A model generated the notes under the pieces. That model saw only the letters and a program-made list of their open reading frames with translations. It did no database searches and was not told where the DNA came from. Positions 34,290 to 47,545 of a stretch of DNA of 64,000 bases are shown piece after piece. This DNA is from Vicugna vicugna. Lineage: Eukaryota. The position numbers were made by a program, and so were the translations under genes. Location: the NCBI GenBank assembly GCA_013265495.1, contig MU061827.1, positions 1,976,782 through 2,040,781 on the forward strand. The letters are read 5' to 3'. Within the stretch, counting starts at the first letter, position 1, and the number at the start of each line of letters is the position of its first letter.

Positions 34290-35200
34290 TTTTTAACTAT
34301 TATTTTTAGTTGTGCTAAAGTAGAGATAAAATTTACTATCTTAACCATTTTAATTTATTTATTGTTATTGTTTGTTTTGGGGGGGAGGTAATTAGGTTTA
34401 TTTAGTTCTTTTAATGGAGGTGCTGGGGATTGAACCCAGGACATCATGCATGCTAAGCATGCACTCTACCACTGAACTATACCCTCCCTCTCCCCCTTAA
34501 CCATTTTTAAGTGCACGATTCAGTGGCATTAAGTACATTCACACTATTAGGCAACCATCACCACCATCCTCTCCCAAACTCTTTTTATCTTGCACAAATG
34601 AGACTCTGTGACCCACTAAACACTAACTCCCCGCTCCCCCAAGCCTCTGGTAACTACTGTTCTTTCTGTCTGTGTGAATTTATCTGTTCCAGGGACTTCA
34701 TATAAGTAGAATCACATAATCTTTGCCCTTTTGCCCCTGGCTTATTTCACTTAATGTCCTCAAGGTTCACCCGTGTTGTGGCTTGTGTCAGAATTTCCTT
34801 CCTTTTTAAGGCTGAATAATATTCCATTGTTTGGATTGCCTCACGGTTTGTTCACACTTGCGTTGCTTCCTCCCCTTCACTAGTGTGAATAATGCTGCTA
34901 AGAACATGGATCTATAAATATCTCTTCAAGTTCCTGCTTTCAGTGCTTTTGGTTACATACCCCGAAGTGGAATTGCTGCATCATATGATGATTCTATTTT
35001 TAATTTTTAAAGGATCTGCTGTACAGTTTTTCATAGTAACTATACCATTTCACATTCCTACCAACAGTGCACAAGAATTCCAGTTTTTCCACATCCTCAC
35101 CAACACTTATTATTTTCTGTTCTGTTTGTTGGATTACAGTAGCCATCCTCGTGGGTATAAGGTAGTTTTTTTTTCCTTTCTTTTTTAAAAATTTAAGTTC
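34290..35200 (-). mobile_element. L1MB-like fragment split by a SINE
   Basis: ttaaccatttttaagtg...cacttaatgtcctcaaggttc...ggaattgctgcatcatatg...ccacatcctcaccaacact. Confidence 0.8.
34352..34495 (-). mobile_element. tRNA-derived SINE (Vic-1-like) nested in L1
   Basis: Reverse-complement head at 34440-34490; perfect 12-bp TSD cttaaccatttt at 34340-34351 and 34496-34507. Confidence 0.88.
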
Positions 35201-36012
35201 AAAATTCAAAAGTTACAGAAGTGTTTGCTTTGGAAAATCTCCCTCCCCATCTCTCTCCACCCCCAGCTACCCACTTCCCCTCCCTGGAAAAAAATTTAAA
35301 TGATCAGTTTCTTAAAGTATCCAGAGATGCTGTATGCAAACACAGCAGATATGAATATATTTCTCCACTGTTCAGATAAATGGTATTATAATATATACCC
35401 TGTTCTGCCTCTTGCTAATCTTCACTTAACATAGCATGAAAATTGTACTAAGTCAGCATATAAAGCACTTCCTCATCTTTTAATGGCTTTTGAAAACTTC
35501 TGTTGTACAGTGTTATCAACTGTTCAGACAGAGTGTTCTTAACTTGGAATTTCTGGAAGCTCCTCGGGGGGGTCATGATTCTAGCCTAAGAGGTCCATGA
35601 ACTTGCATGGGGAAAAGGTATATATTTTTCTCACCAACCTCCAACTAAAATGTATTACTTTCTTCAGTTATGAGTGTAGACAACAAACCACTGATGACCT
35701 GTGACAGTCATCAGTGTCACAATCAACAATGTCACAGTGGAAATCACAGATATTTTCACATCCCATTACAATGTAGTACAGATCCCAGTACGTTGTTTTT
35801 GTTCAGTATTTTATTAGACCTGTGGCTACATTGTGTTATTTAATAAAGGAGCAGGTATAGTCATCATCATTTTGTTTTTAGAAGATTTTGATGAATGTGT
35901 GTTATCTTAGTTGGTTTCCTTGTAATCCTATACCTTTCATTTTATACATTTAAAATCGTTGTTCTGAGATGGAATCTTCATGGGCATTACCGGGCTGCCG
36001 AAAGGATCCATG

Positions 36013-36051
36013 GCACATGCGCGCGCGCACACACGCGCACGCACACACACA
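36013..36051. repeat. (GC)n/(CA)n alternating purine-pyrimidine microsatellite
   Basis: gcacatgcgcgcgcgcacacacgcgcacgcacacacaca. Confidence 0.85.
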
Positions 36052-37523
36052 AGGTTAAGAATCTCTGCTTTAACCAGTTTCCTATCAAAATGCCTTTATT
36101 TTCCAATTATTTGCACTTAATCCATGCAACAACGAATTACTCTGACATATATCAGTTGACCCCTGAGGAAGAGCGTCTTGAGGAAACAGATTCACTGGGG
36201 TGAAGGAAAGCCGCATTTGAAATTTTAATGAGTCTTGCCAAATTGTACACGAAGGAGATTAAAGAGATTGGCTCCCTGTGCCATTGGTGAAGGTGCCCGT
36301 TTCCCCGCAGCGTTTACAACACGCTGATGTCTGTCAGTCCCACAGGAAGCATGTGGTCACTATTGCATCTGTCTTTATGGTGTGCCTTATTCTGTCACCT
36401 GTGGAATATTCCAGAGTCTGGTGGTGCCTTAGTTTGTTTAACTAGGCTTCTGTTAATGGATATTTAGATTGTTTTTTAAATATTTGCTTTTATTTTAATT
36501 TTAGCTTGAAAAAAACGTTAAACCTCTGGAAGAGTTGAAAGATAAGTACAATGAACATCTGTAAACCTTTCACCTCGATTAAGGTGTTGGGTTCAGGTGT
36601 GTGTGTATATGTGCGTGTGTGTGTGCAGTATGTCTTAAGAGATACACACTCAAGTATTTATACACACATATATAACAGATGTTTATGTATATATATTATT
36701 TATTCACTTAAAATTTGCTCACCTCTTTGAGCAGACGTTATTTTTGCTGCAGGATTAATAAAAGATTAGGATCCTTCCCCCTAAATACGAAGTACTTCAT
36801 TGTGTGTCTCCTAAGACATCCTGTTACATAAGCACAATAAGCGATCAAATTTGGTAGAAAATGTTGGCAGCACACTAAGCTCTAATACGCCATCCCTATT
36901 CAAATTGGAAATAATGTCCTTTATAAAGTTGTCTTTTCCTGATGCGGGATCCAGTCCAGGGTTATACGGTACCTTTAGGACACATGTCTTCAGTCACCTT
37001 TAGTCTGGAACAGTTCCCCTGCTTTTCCTTGTCTTTCATGTCCTTGGCGTTTCTGAAGATTGTATATTACCTGGTCTGTAGAATGTCCTTCAATTTGGGA
37101 TTGTCCTGATATTTCCCCATGGTTAAATTCAGGTTATACATGTTGACAGGGATACCTTAACTGATGCTGTGTCCTCAGTGCCTTGTCCCAGGAGGCACCT
37201 GATTCAGTCTGTCATTATTGGCGACGGTAACTTCCATCACCTGGTTAAGCTGGTGTCTGCACGATTTCTATGCCATGAGGGTTCCTTTGTTCCCTGTCTG
37301 ATGCATCAGCAGCCTGTGAGGAAATACATTGAAACTGTGTAAACTGTCCTGTTCCCCAACAAACCTTCACCCAAAGGTTTTAAATCCATTCATTAGTCTC
37401 GCCTGAATCAATTATTACTAAGTTGGTTGCAAAATGATGATTTTTTTTAACTCTGTCATCTTCTACACTTGTTAAATGGCATTCCGATGTAAAGTTCCGA
37501 TTCCCCTCCTCCCCGCGCTCCCA

Positions 37524-37885
37524 TATTAGAGTTCTCCAGAGAAACAGAATAATAGGAGATACATAGATGAGAATATTTACTATAGGCATTGGCTCATGTG
37601 GGTACGAAAGCTGAGAAGTCCCACAATCTGCTGTTTGCAGGCTGAAGAATCAGAAAGCCGGTGGTGTAATCCAGTCCAAGTTGGAAGGCTTGCAAATTGG
37701 GGGGCTGTTGATGTAAGTCCTGGTTTGGGTCCAAAATCCCAATAACCAGGAGTGTCAGTGTCCAATGTCCAAGGGCAGGAGAAGAAGGATGTCCTGGCTC
37801 AGAGAGTGAATTCACCCTCTCCCCACCTCTGTGTTCTATTCAGGCCCTCAGTGGCTTGGGCGATGCCCATACACACTGGGGAGGG
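37524..37885. mobile_element. MLT2 (ERVL) LTR, truncated by a gap
   Basis: ttagagttctccagagaaacagaa...ggcattggctcatg...gctgagaagtcccacaatctgc...aggagaagaaggatgtcctggctc. Confidence 0.8.
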
Positions 37886-38448
37886 NNNNNNNNNNNNNNN
37901 NNNNNNNNNNNNNNNNNNNNNNNNNNNNNNNNNNNNNNNNNNNNNNNNNNNNNNNNNNNNNNNNNNNNNNNNNNNNNNNNNNNNNNNNNNNNNNNNNNNN
38001 NNNNNNNNNNNNNNNNNAGCCGTTACATCCCCCTTAATTAGTTAATTAATTTAAATAAAAACATTTTAATTATGGATTCCCAAATTCTCCTTTTATTTGA
38101 TGGGTTATTATCCAGTCATGTTATTATTCATTTTGATTCTCAGATTGTTCAGTTTGGCCAGCAGGGACGCCTTCAAACTGATCTGTCTTCATCTTTTACA
38201 CAATGAAATCAGGCTCCTCTTGGACTTTCCCCGTTCCAGCCCTGGACTCAGCCATTCTCCAAGGAGTGCCGGTTTCTTTCTTGGAGAATGGTGCTTAGAG
38301 CTCTTCTTACTACCAGCCAAACCCTTCCAGCAGGCAACATCTCATCTCCCAGCGTCTCTGGGAGTGACAGAACAAGAGAAATTTCCTTCCTGGGATGGAC
38401 AGTCCGTCCAAACAAGGGACGTTATCTAAGCGACGTCTTTTCTCACAG

Positions 38449-38600
38449 GTCAACCTGGGACCAGACAAAATGGTGGTGGACCTGACAGACCCCAACCGAC
38501 CACGCTTCACCCTGCAGGAGCTGAGGGACGTGCTACAGGAGCGCAACAAACTCAAGTCGCAGCTGCTGGTGGCACAGGAAGAGCTGCAGTGCTACAAGAG
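38449..38600 (+). CDS. RILPL2: RILPL2 coding exon 2, RH2 domain
   Basis: tttctcacAG acceptor and AG|GTGGGG donor; 152 bp; VNLGPDKMVVDLTDPNRPRFTLQELRDVLQERNKLKSQLLVAQEELQCYK. Confidence 0.97.
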
Positions 38601-38687
38601 GTGGGGCTGGGTGCCTTGGGGGCCCCTGCACCACAGAGCCAGACCCTGCCTGCAGCCCCTTGATACGTGACATATTTGTTCTTATGT

Positions 38688-39110
38688 TCATTCAGCCAGT
38701 TTGTTGGAGATCCACTATATGCCAGGCACTCTTCCTGGCACTAAGGGTAGAGCAGTGAACAAAACAGAAAAGTCCATGTTAGTCGAGGGGATGGCAGACA
38801 ATCAGCCAGAAAATGAAGTGAACACTCACGATGATGGTGGTAGGGGCTGTCGAGAATGTGAAACCAGGTGACCTGACTGCGGAGGGCTGGCGGGGGGTGG
38901 GGAGGGGCCTGCTTTAGATCGATGGTCAGGGAACACCCCTCTGAGGTGGTCTCAGCCAGCCGCGCAATGATTTGGTTGGGCAAGAAGTGTGAAGACCCTC
39001 AGGAACAGGTTTGGGCAATTTAAAAGACCCGCCATGGTGGAATTTGGAATGCGAAGCAGAAAACAGTGCAGACACTGAGGCGGTAGGTCCTGTTGGCCAC
39101 AGGAAGCCGC
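38688..39110 (-). mobile_element. L2 fragment
   Basis: ttcattcagcc...tatgccaggcact...tggtcagggaacacccctctgaggtg. Confidence 0.6.
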
Positions 39111-40060
39111 TCTTATTTTATTGTCGGTATAATGAGGACTCCTTTGGGAAAACCGTTTCCCCAAGTGTTTTCCTTAATGTGGTTGTTTCTCGAAAAGGGA
39201 GCTCTGTGGTTGAATAATTCTGGGAAACACTGAGTTAAACAAAGCAGGTTTCCTTAGAGGCAGGAGAAGGAAAGACCAGAAGAATAAAAACATATTGCCA
39301 ACTAATATTTATCAGTGCTTACCATGCATCAGGCACTCTGCTAAGTGTGTCTGTAGCATCCTTTCCATTAGTGTCCACAGCAAGCCTGTGAGTTAGGGTA
39401 ATGTTATCCCCAAGATGATGGAAGGTTCAGATTGTCAAGTACCTGCTTGAGGTCCCAGGGCTGGTGGTGGCAACCTTGAGACATGACCTCGGGCAGCCTG
39501 ACATCAGAGCTTGAGCTTTTAATTATCATGTCAGGTTTGGACGTCGAAAGTTTAGAAGTAAGGACATACTCCGATTCACAACAGAACAAAACAAAGCCTC
39601 AATGATATTATTCTTTAAATCCGTTGAATGTGGCATCATTTTGAGAGCAGCAAAGTAAAAATGTTCTAGGGAGCCAAGTCCAAAAGGTCTGAGTTCTTCC
39701 AACAAGAATTTAATTGTCTTCCTTCTGCTGAGGTTGGAACCACGTTAATGGAGAAACCTGTTTTCATCTCATTTAATAAGTGCTCCAGACACAGGTAGTT
39801 AAAAGAGGGAACTGCTAGACTGCCAATGTGAGCAGCTTGTTACTGACTAAAGCAGCACACTTCAGTTTTGAATTCCCAGGGAACAGCAGATGTGCACTTC
39901 CCATCTGGTACAGGCGAATACGCAGACAGCAGGCTTCTGTTTAGTCTCTTGTGTTATATGTTCTGGAGAAACCAGCATGTCAGCCGAGGTGTTCTCTTAG
40001 CAACTGCGTCAGCTTGGAGGCGCAAGCTCATACTCATGATAGTTTTTAACTGAGGGCAGA

Positions 40061-40575
40061 CGTGGTAGGCTGTTTGCAAAAATGGCCACGACAGCTTTTC
40101 CCATCCTGCTTTCCCTTTGCAACGAGACTTCTCCACTCCTCTCATCAAGAGCTAGCATCCGTTTTCCCTCTCCTTGAATCTGGAAGGACCTGTGACTTGC
40201 CTTGACCGATCGAATATGGTGGAAGTGATGCTGTTTGGCTTCCTGGGTAAAGGCTCTAAAAGGTCTTGCAGCTTCCATTTTTGTGCTCTCAGATTGCTGC
40301 CTTGAGACCGCCGTGCTGTGAGGAAGCTCAAGGGAGTCACATGGACGGGTCATGTGAAGGAGAACCCAGGAGCCCCATCTGACAGCCCTGGCTGTGCCCA
40401 GCCTCCAGCTGATCCACCAGCTTAATGCTGCCCCATTTGAGAACCCCAAACTAGACAGTCAGGAGAACCACCAAGCCAACCACAAGAAATAGAGCCATCA
40501 TGAGAAATCATAAATCATCACTGTTTTTAATCACTAAGCTTTGGGGTGTTACGTAAGAGTAGATAGTGGCGAAAG
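40061..40575 (+). mobile_element. MaLR LTR (MLT1F/H-like)
   Basis: gtggtaggctg...ccttgaatctgga...tgtgacttgccttgacc...gctgtgaggaagctcaag...ctaagctttggggtg. Confidence 0.75.
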
Positions 40576-40725
40576 GAAACTTTTAGGTGACGCCTCTTAT
40601 TCAGTCATATGAATATTATTATAATAAAAATAGAAATAACAATACTAAGTAATAAGAGCCCACTCTTCGCAAAGAGGGAGAGAGAAGGGTAAATTCTGCT
40701 CTGTGATGCTCGTACCCAAAGGGGT

Positions 40726-41074
40726 GTCTCAGTCAGCCTGGGCTGCCGTCACAGGACACCAGACACTGGGGAACAATAGAAACTTCTTTTCTCACAGTTC
40801 TAGAGGCTAGAAGTCCAAGATCAAGTTGCCAATATGGTTGGGCTGGCTCTTCCTGGCTTGTAGGCAGCTGTCTTCTCTCTGTGTCCTCATGTGGTGAGGA
40901 GAAAGACACAGAGCAAGCCGGCTGAGGTGTATCCTTGCAGGGGCATTAATCCCATCCAGAGGGCCCTGACCTCATGACCTTATGTAAACCCGGCTGTCTC
41001 TCCAAAGCCCGGTCTCCAAATACCGTACTATTTAACTATACGCATTCTGGGGGGACACAATTCAGTCTGTAGCA
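40726..41074 (-). mobile_element. MaLR LTR (MLT1A/B-like)
   Basis: tgtctcagtcagcctgggctgcc...tctcacagttctagaggctagaagtccaagatcaag...ggggacacaattcagtctgtagca. Confidence 0.8.
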
Positions 41075-42142
41075 AGGGGGAAACACCACAGGCGTAAATT
41101 TACCAGTAAGCACCACATCAAAATACCTAAGTGGAGCTAATAAGCTTACTGGGTCATTTATTGAAATGTTTCATTGTGGTCAGGCTTCTTTGGGTTGCAA
41201 GTGAGAGAGATCCAGTTCAAACGAGCTTAAGCACAAACGGGAATTTTATTGACCGACATAGCTGGGAAGGATCCTGGAACTGCTCTCAGAAAGAAAAAAC
41301 TGCAACTAAGGCCTCAGGGTTGGCACCAGGGACAGGGTGCCTCTTTCTTTCCCCTTTGGTTCTCCTTGTTTTTTGGCCTCGTTATCTTGTATTAAAGACA
41401 ATCCTTCTCTGAATCTTAGGAAACATGGCTGCTGGCAATCTCAGCTGAGCAAGTGAGAACAGCTTTGTTCCAATTCCATACATCAAGTCCAAGAAAATAC
41501 TCTGGCCTTCTTTGGGTCACCTGACCTCAGTATCTTATTGATCAATATCAGTCTGGCTCTTATCACCATCTGACTAACTACATATTTTTTAATTTTACTG
41601 ATTTATTTGTTTGTTAACTACTTCCTTCCCCAGTGGAATATAAATTGCAAGGGAGAAGATACTTTATTCATTGCTGTATCTGTATACCTTGGCACAGTAG
41701 GTAGCCTGATAAATATTTGTTGAATGAATGAATAAACTCCATGTATTCCAACCCTAGGAGGTAGGTACTTTTTTTTCAATTGTACATGTTTTATTAATTA
41801 ACCTACTTTTCTTTGATCATAAAGGTTGTTACTTTTATTATCCATATTTCACCAATTAGGAAATGGGGGCTTAAGTTAGAGAATTTATATATGGTCATAG
41901 TCCTAGAAATTGGAGAAGCTTGAAATACAGGCCAATGCAACTGGACAAGAGAAAGAAAGAAGAGGTTTTAACACTGCAAAGGTGGAAGAAAGAGTCTAAT
42001 TATCTGAGTCAGAATGTCTAACTCTAGAGCTTTCAATGATACTATTCATATAATAATAATGATTAAGAACCTTCTCTTACAGAGCTACACAGATAAGAGA
42101 TCTGCAGTTAAATAACCCATTTGTTTGTCTCCTTTTTCCCAG

Positions 42143-42256
42143 TGGCCTGATTCCACCGAGAGAAGGCCCACGAGGAAGAAGAGAAAAAGATGCTCTGGTT
42201 GCCAGGGCCCGCAATGCCAGCAAAAACAAAGAGGAGAAGACAATCATAAGGAAGCT
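42143..42256 (+). CDS. RILPL2: RILPL2 coding exon 3
   Basis: ctttttcccAG acceptor and CT|GTAAGT donor; 114 bp; (S)GLIPPREGPRGRREKDALVARARNASKNKEEKTIIRK(L). Confidence 0.95.
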
Positions 42257-44109
42257 GTAAGTCACCTTGCTGCCCCCTTGTTGCCACTAAGTAATTGCTG
42301 AAGAAAGTAGCGGGGGCAAGGGGGGAGGTCCTGTTCTCCTGGCGGTTGGGCTGCAGCTAATATGAAAACTCAGTGCTGGTGTATTGTATCTGCCAAGCAG
42401 TAGTATGAGCACTTGACATATATTAACTCACCGACTCATCACAGCAGCCCTGTGAGGTAAACGATTGTTATCCCCAGTTTGTAGATGGGGATACAGTTAC
42501 CGAGAGGTGAAGTAACATACCCAAGGTTCACCAAGATAGTGAAGTCAGGATTTGAACCCAAGGAAGTCCAGATTCCATACTCTACTGCCCTCCTATGATA
42601 AAACAATAACCAAATAATAATAATACTACAACAACAAGAAAAACACAATAACAAGAATTATTGGAGTTTAAGGGGTCTAATTCATCACCTCTCTTAACCT
42701 GCAACTTTGGAGGGCCCTGTGTCTCCCCCCGTTAGGACACATAATGCAGTTTCCTTTAAACACTCCCCTCTGGTTCGTGCACCATTTTTTTTTCCCCTCT
42801 TTTTTTATTTTTCTTTTTTCTTTCTCTTTTTTCTCTTCTTTTTTTTTCTTTTTCTCGCACCATTGTTAATCCCTTGTCTCTGGTTGCTGCGACCCAGACC
42901 ATAGTGTGTGGGACACTTGTTTAAAATTCAGATTCTCAGAAATCAAGTCACTGGCTCTAGCATGAGGCCCAGAAGACTGGGTTTTTAATAAATTCCCAGA
43001 CAGTTCTGATGTGGGGAGCTCTTGGACCACACCTTGAGATGCCCCTTTTCTGGCACCAGGTGTCAATACTGTTAGGCACACCTTTCCTCCACCCCATGCT
43101 GAAGCAAGCAGCTCTTTTGCCTTGGTTGCTTTGAGAATGTCTGGCCTGGTGACAGTTTATCAGCCCCTGGTCTTGTGGATTAAAAGTGAGAAACCACCTC
43201 GGTCAGGGATCTCAAACTCAAAAGCCTACAGGGTCCAAGCACTTAATGTGGATAAGTGACGGGGGTGTGGGTTGGACAGGGGACATCTGCCCCTTGGTTC
43301 TGTCTGGCTGAGGGATAACATGTTATCAGAGCTTGTGCTTCTTAAGAGAAGCCAAGACACCAGGTGTGTTCATGGAAACTGATTTCCAAATGCTGGTAAA
43401 TAATTTAAGCTAAAAAATAAAGACCATGCGATCCAAATGATCCACCGCTACAGGCTGCACTGGGTCCTTGGCTGCCATCAGGCTCTCACTCCGTTAGTCC
43501 TGCCTCTGAGGGAGGGCTGCTTGGGGGAGGGCCACGGAGACCTCGCTTTCTTCCATTCATTCAGCCGTTAGTCAGTCAACAAACCCTAGCTGAGTCTGTA
43601 TTGTGCACCAGGCGTGATACTCGTGCTGGGGATACAGCAGTGACCTGTTCTGCAAGGACTCTGTCGACTCCCATTTCACAGAGAAATCATTTTGAGGAGT
43701 TAGAGATTCTGGGTTACCTTCCAGGGCAGGTTTAATGGAGATGCTTTTGTTTCGAGAGAGGGGAGAAATTTTTTTTTTTCTTTTTCTCTTTTTGGATCTC
43801 AGGAACAGAGGGTTGCGTTAGTGATTCTCAGCTCACGGCACAATGAGCTTTATTGTCAGCACAAGACCCCTTTCTTCTTGGTTTTTATTTATTCCCTCTT
43901 CATCCCCATCCCCCGTTCCCATTCTTCTTCCCAGTTCCCCTCCGCCTCGGCCAATCTCACATGGTATTTAACGTGTTCTAAAAAGTGTACGTGGTCTTGT
44001 GTGGGTGAATTTTTAATAGTAACTATTACTGTGTTTAACACTTCATTCTGTTTCCTAGTGTTTTTTTCCCATAAGCACTGTGGTGGTTGTCTTTTTTATT
44101 AGGAACTCA

Positions 44110-44345
44110 TTTTTAAAAAATTTATTATATTTTACTAATCCAACACATTTAAAATATTAATCATTTCAACATGTGATCAGTATAAAACATTATTAATGAG
44201 ATATTTTACATTCTTTTTTTTAATAGTAAGCCCTCATTATCTGACATATATTTTACACTGACAGCACATTTCAGTTGAGACTTGCTGTGTTTCGAGGGCT
44301 GAAAACCATGTGTAGCCAGTGGCCACCATATCGGATGGCACAGCT
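44110..44345 (+). mobile_element. MER33-like hAT-Charlie element
   Basis: aatattaatcatttcaacatgt...aatgagatattttacattc...cagcacatttc...gtggccaccatatcggatggcacagc. Confidence 0.65.
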
Positions 44346-45514
44346 TTAGCTGATACGTGGTTGGATCCTTTGGGCTTTGAGAGTTCAAATGAGCTCTTTT
44401 TTTAAGTTATACGTAACATAAAATTTACCATTTTCATCATTTTTAAGTGCATAGNNNNNNNNNNNNNNNNNNNNNNNNNNNNNNNNNNNNNNNNNNNNNN
44501 NNNNNNNNNNNNNNNNNNNNNNNNNNNNNNNNNNNNNNNNNNNNNNNNNNNNNNNNNNNNNNNNNNNNNNNNNNNNNNNNNNGCCCCACCAACTCTGCTT
44601 TCTGTCTGTGCGAATCTAACTACTCTAGGGACCTCATGTACGTGATGAGACACGCAGTACTTGACTTTTCACGACTGGCTCATATCATTGGCATAATATC
44701 CTCAGGTTCATCTGTGTTGCGCCTTGTGTCAGAATTTCTTTCACTTTTCAGGCGCAGTGATATTCCATGGAATGAACAGACCACATTCTGTTTGTCCATT
44801 CATCTGTTGATGGACGTCAAGCAGTTTTTAAGATCTATCCATTTAGCAGTGCAGACATCCCAGGGGCGGGATCCCAGGTTGCCTTCCCCCGCAGCAGGCA
44901 GTGCTGCAGTGAATCTGTCCGTGCTTATCCATGTCCTCTCATGCACCTGCGTGTGACTTTGCCAGGGATATGTACCCAGGAGTGAAAATTGCTGGATCAC
45001 GGGCTCTGTCAACCAGGGTTCTTGTTTGTCAGGAAACAGAGGCTCACTCAAAGGAGCCACTGGAAAGATTTAAAGAAGGGACTTCTTGAAAGATAAGAGA
45101 TGGAGAAACACCCTGGGGCTGGCAACAGAGGGGCGAAGGGAGGGAGCTGGGAGGGGGAGGGGGGGAGTCAGGAGTGTGGCCTTCAGCTGAGGAACACACA
45201 GTAACTGGTAAAGCAAGGCCGGTGGGGGCACAGCTGGGGAGTGAACACCCCCACCGTTCCTCCCACCCACCCAACCCCTGCGGGTGCATCCCATTGGCTG
45301 AGCCCAGCCGGAAGCTCGAGGACAAGGGAGCTTGTTGAGATCACCCACAGAAGTCAGCCTCCTGGAGCAGAGAGCAGGTTTGAGAAGAGAAGAGAGAGTT
45401 CCTTGGGGGCAAACAGCTCCTGGAGTATGCGTCGACTTAGTTCAGTTAGGCACTACCAGACTTTCTAGAATGGCTGCATGAAAACTGCTCTATCAGACGA
45501 GACCACCTGAAACC

Positions 45515-46720
45515 ATTTATTCTTTTGACAAATATTTACTGAGGGCCTCCCGTGTGCCAGGCGCTGGTCTAGGTGCTGGGGATGCAGTGACCGAGACACG
45601 AGTTCCTGCCCTCGTGGTGCTTCCATTCTAGCAGGGGAGTCAGAGAGTGAACCGGTAAGAAAATGTACTAACAGGACAATTTCAGATCGCCCTATGTGCT
45701 AGGAAGACCATTAAATAGGGTGCTGAGAAAGAGGTTGATAGGGAGCTACTTTTAGATTTGGGGAATCCTGAAAGGCTTCTATGAGAAGGCAGCATTTAAG
45801 CTGAGCCCTGAAAGATCATAAAGGGAAAAAGCATTCCTGGCAAAGGGAACAGCAGGTGTTAAGGCCAGAGGCTGGGGAGAGCTTGTGGAACAAAGATCAT
45901 GGTGGCTGGAGCAGCAAAGAGAAGGGAGGTGAGGTGGGAGAGGGGGAGGGATCAGGTCACTCAGCGCCATGTGGATCCCGGTGAGGACTTTGAGTTTCTT
46001 TCTTCCCCAAGAAAGAGTCTCCTGAGGTGAGATAATGAATATAAGAGCCTCTCCACCCCATAGATCTGAAGGTGTCAGATCTGAAGGTGTTTATTTGAGA
46101 TGTTCATTGACTGGCTATCCCATTGCAAACAAGGCTTCCAGAAGCATTAGCTACTGATTTCTTTCTGCCTCTTCTTGGGGAATTCTTTGGGTCACTTAAT
46201 TGGAGTTTGGACCTGATATGGCAAAAATAAAATGTTTGTTCTGTGTACAAGCCAGCCTGAGGATATATGTTTAAAGAGGCCACAATTTCATGATCAGACA
46301 AGCTCATTGAGCTAGTGGAATGAATGAATGAATGAATGACTTTCTGAAGAAGTAGACCATGCGAAGGATTTTTGTCCTTGTCCTGAGGACAGTGTGGAGC
46401 CATGGCAGGATTTAAGCTGAGGAATGTCGGTCGGCTCTGCACAATGACACAACCGTTCTGGCTGCTGCATGAGTAGATTGTAGGGGGTGACGGGGAGGCT
46501 GTTGGTGCTCCTCATGGTGGCTTGGACTGAGGGTGGCAGTGAGGGAGACAGGAAGTGGTAGGGTTAGGAACATATTTGGGGCATGATGACTAAAATCCAG
46601 CAGATGGGGTGAGGGGAGAGGAGCTGAGAACAACTCCCAGGTTCCCGCTTGAATGACTGGGTGGGGGATGATGTCATTTCCTGAGACAGGGAAGTGGGGT
46701 TTGAGGGGCCTATGTGCAGG
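45515..46720 (-). mobile_element. L2 fragments
   Basis: catttattc...atatttactgag...gtgccaggcgctgg...; tttaagctgag...; gtagattgtaggggg...gaatgactgggtgg. Confidence 0.65.
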
Positions 46721-47514
46721 TTCGGGAGGAGCTCTGACGCCTGCATCCACCCACGGGTCAGGGGCTCGACTCTGCCGTTGCTAGCAGAGCTGCCAGCGCT
46801 GCTGGTTGGGGGGAGGCCTGTTTGCCTTCAACTAGAAGCAAGAGCCTGTATCCCCATCGCTGACTTTTCAGCCCACCGGCCATCTCTGCGTCTTTCCTGT
46901 AACTGGAAATAACACTGACATTGTGCGTTGTGATCAACCCCAGATATCATTTTTCCTTTTCAAAACTGCATGAGGAGGACTGAAAGTTTCGGCGTTTGGT
47001 ATTCATATGCCTTGAGGGATGTCTTTATGTTTTATCTAAGAATTTACATGTTAATCTTTATTTGTGGCAAAGATCTATTTTAAAATTGTAGTTAGCATTG
47101 AGAAGTTATCATTTCCTCTATGATAAGACCACTTAAAATTAAAAAAAAAAAAGGTGTCAGACTTCAGACTCCATCTGTCAGTCTAGCACAGAGTTGAGTG
47201 GGTTCTGGGTCTGACTTGTAGTTCCAGGGTATACCGTGTGACCTTGGGCCCGTCACTTAACCTCCCAGAACCTCAGTTTACTCATCTATAAAATGGGAAT
47301 TTTTGATTGTACTCACCTCCTCATGTTGTTATGACGTGAAATGAGCTAATAGGTGGAAGGCCCTGGAACAGTACCGGCCCCATAATGAGCCCTGAGGACA
47401 TTTTTGAGTGAATGGCCTGAAGGAGCTGCTTACAGATTTTACAGGGGGTTCTTTACTCCCTGCTTTGTTTTCTCTGTTCCCTCTGACCCCCCTCCCCTTT
47501 CTCTCTCCACCCAG

Positions 47515-47545
47515 GTTCTTTTTCCGATCAGGGAAGCAGACATAG
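47515..47545 (+). CDS. RILPL2: RILPL2 terminal coding exon
   Basis: Long pyrimidine tract then cccAG; G TTC TTT TTC CGA TCA GGG AAG CAG ACA TAG = FFFRSGKQT*. Total CDS 639 bp = 212 aa. Confidence 0.93.

Noticed and set aside
46062-46090. Short tandem duplications (14 bp here, 11 bp at 23599-23621, 19 bp at 9299-9336)
   Set aside because: Ordinary slippage duplications with only two units; not CRISPR-like or evidently functional.
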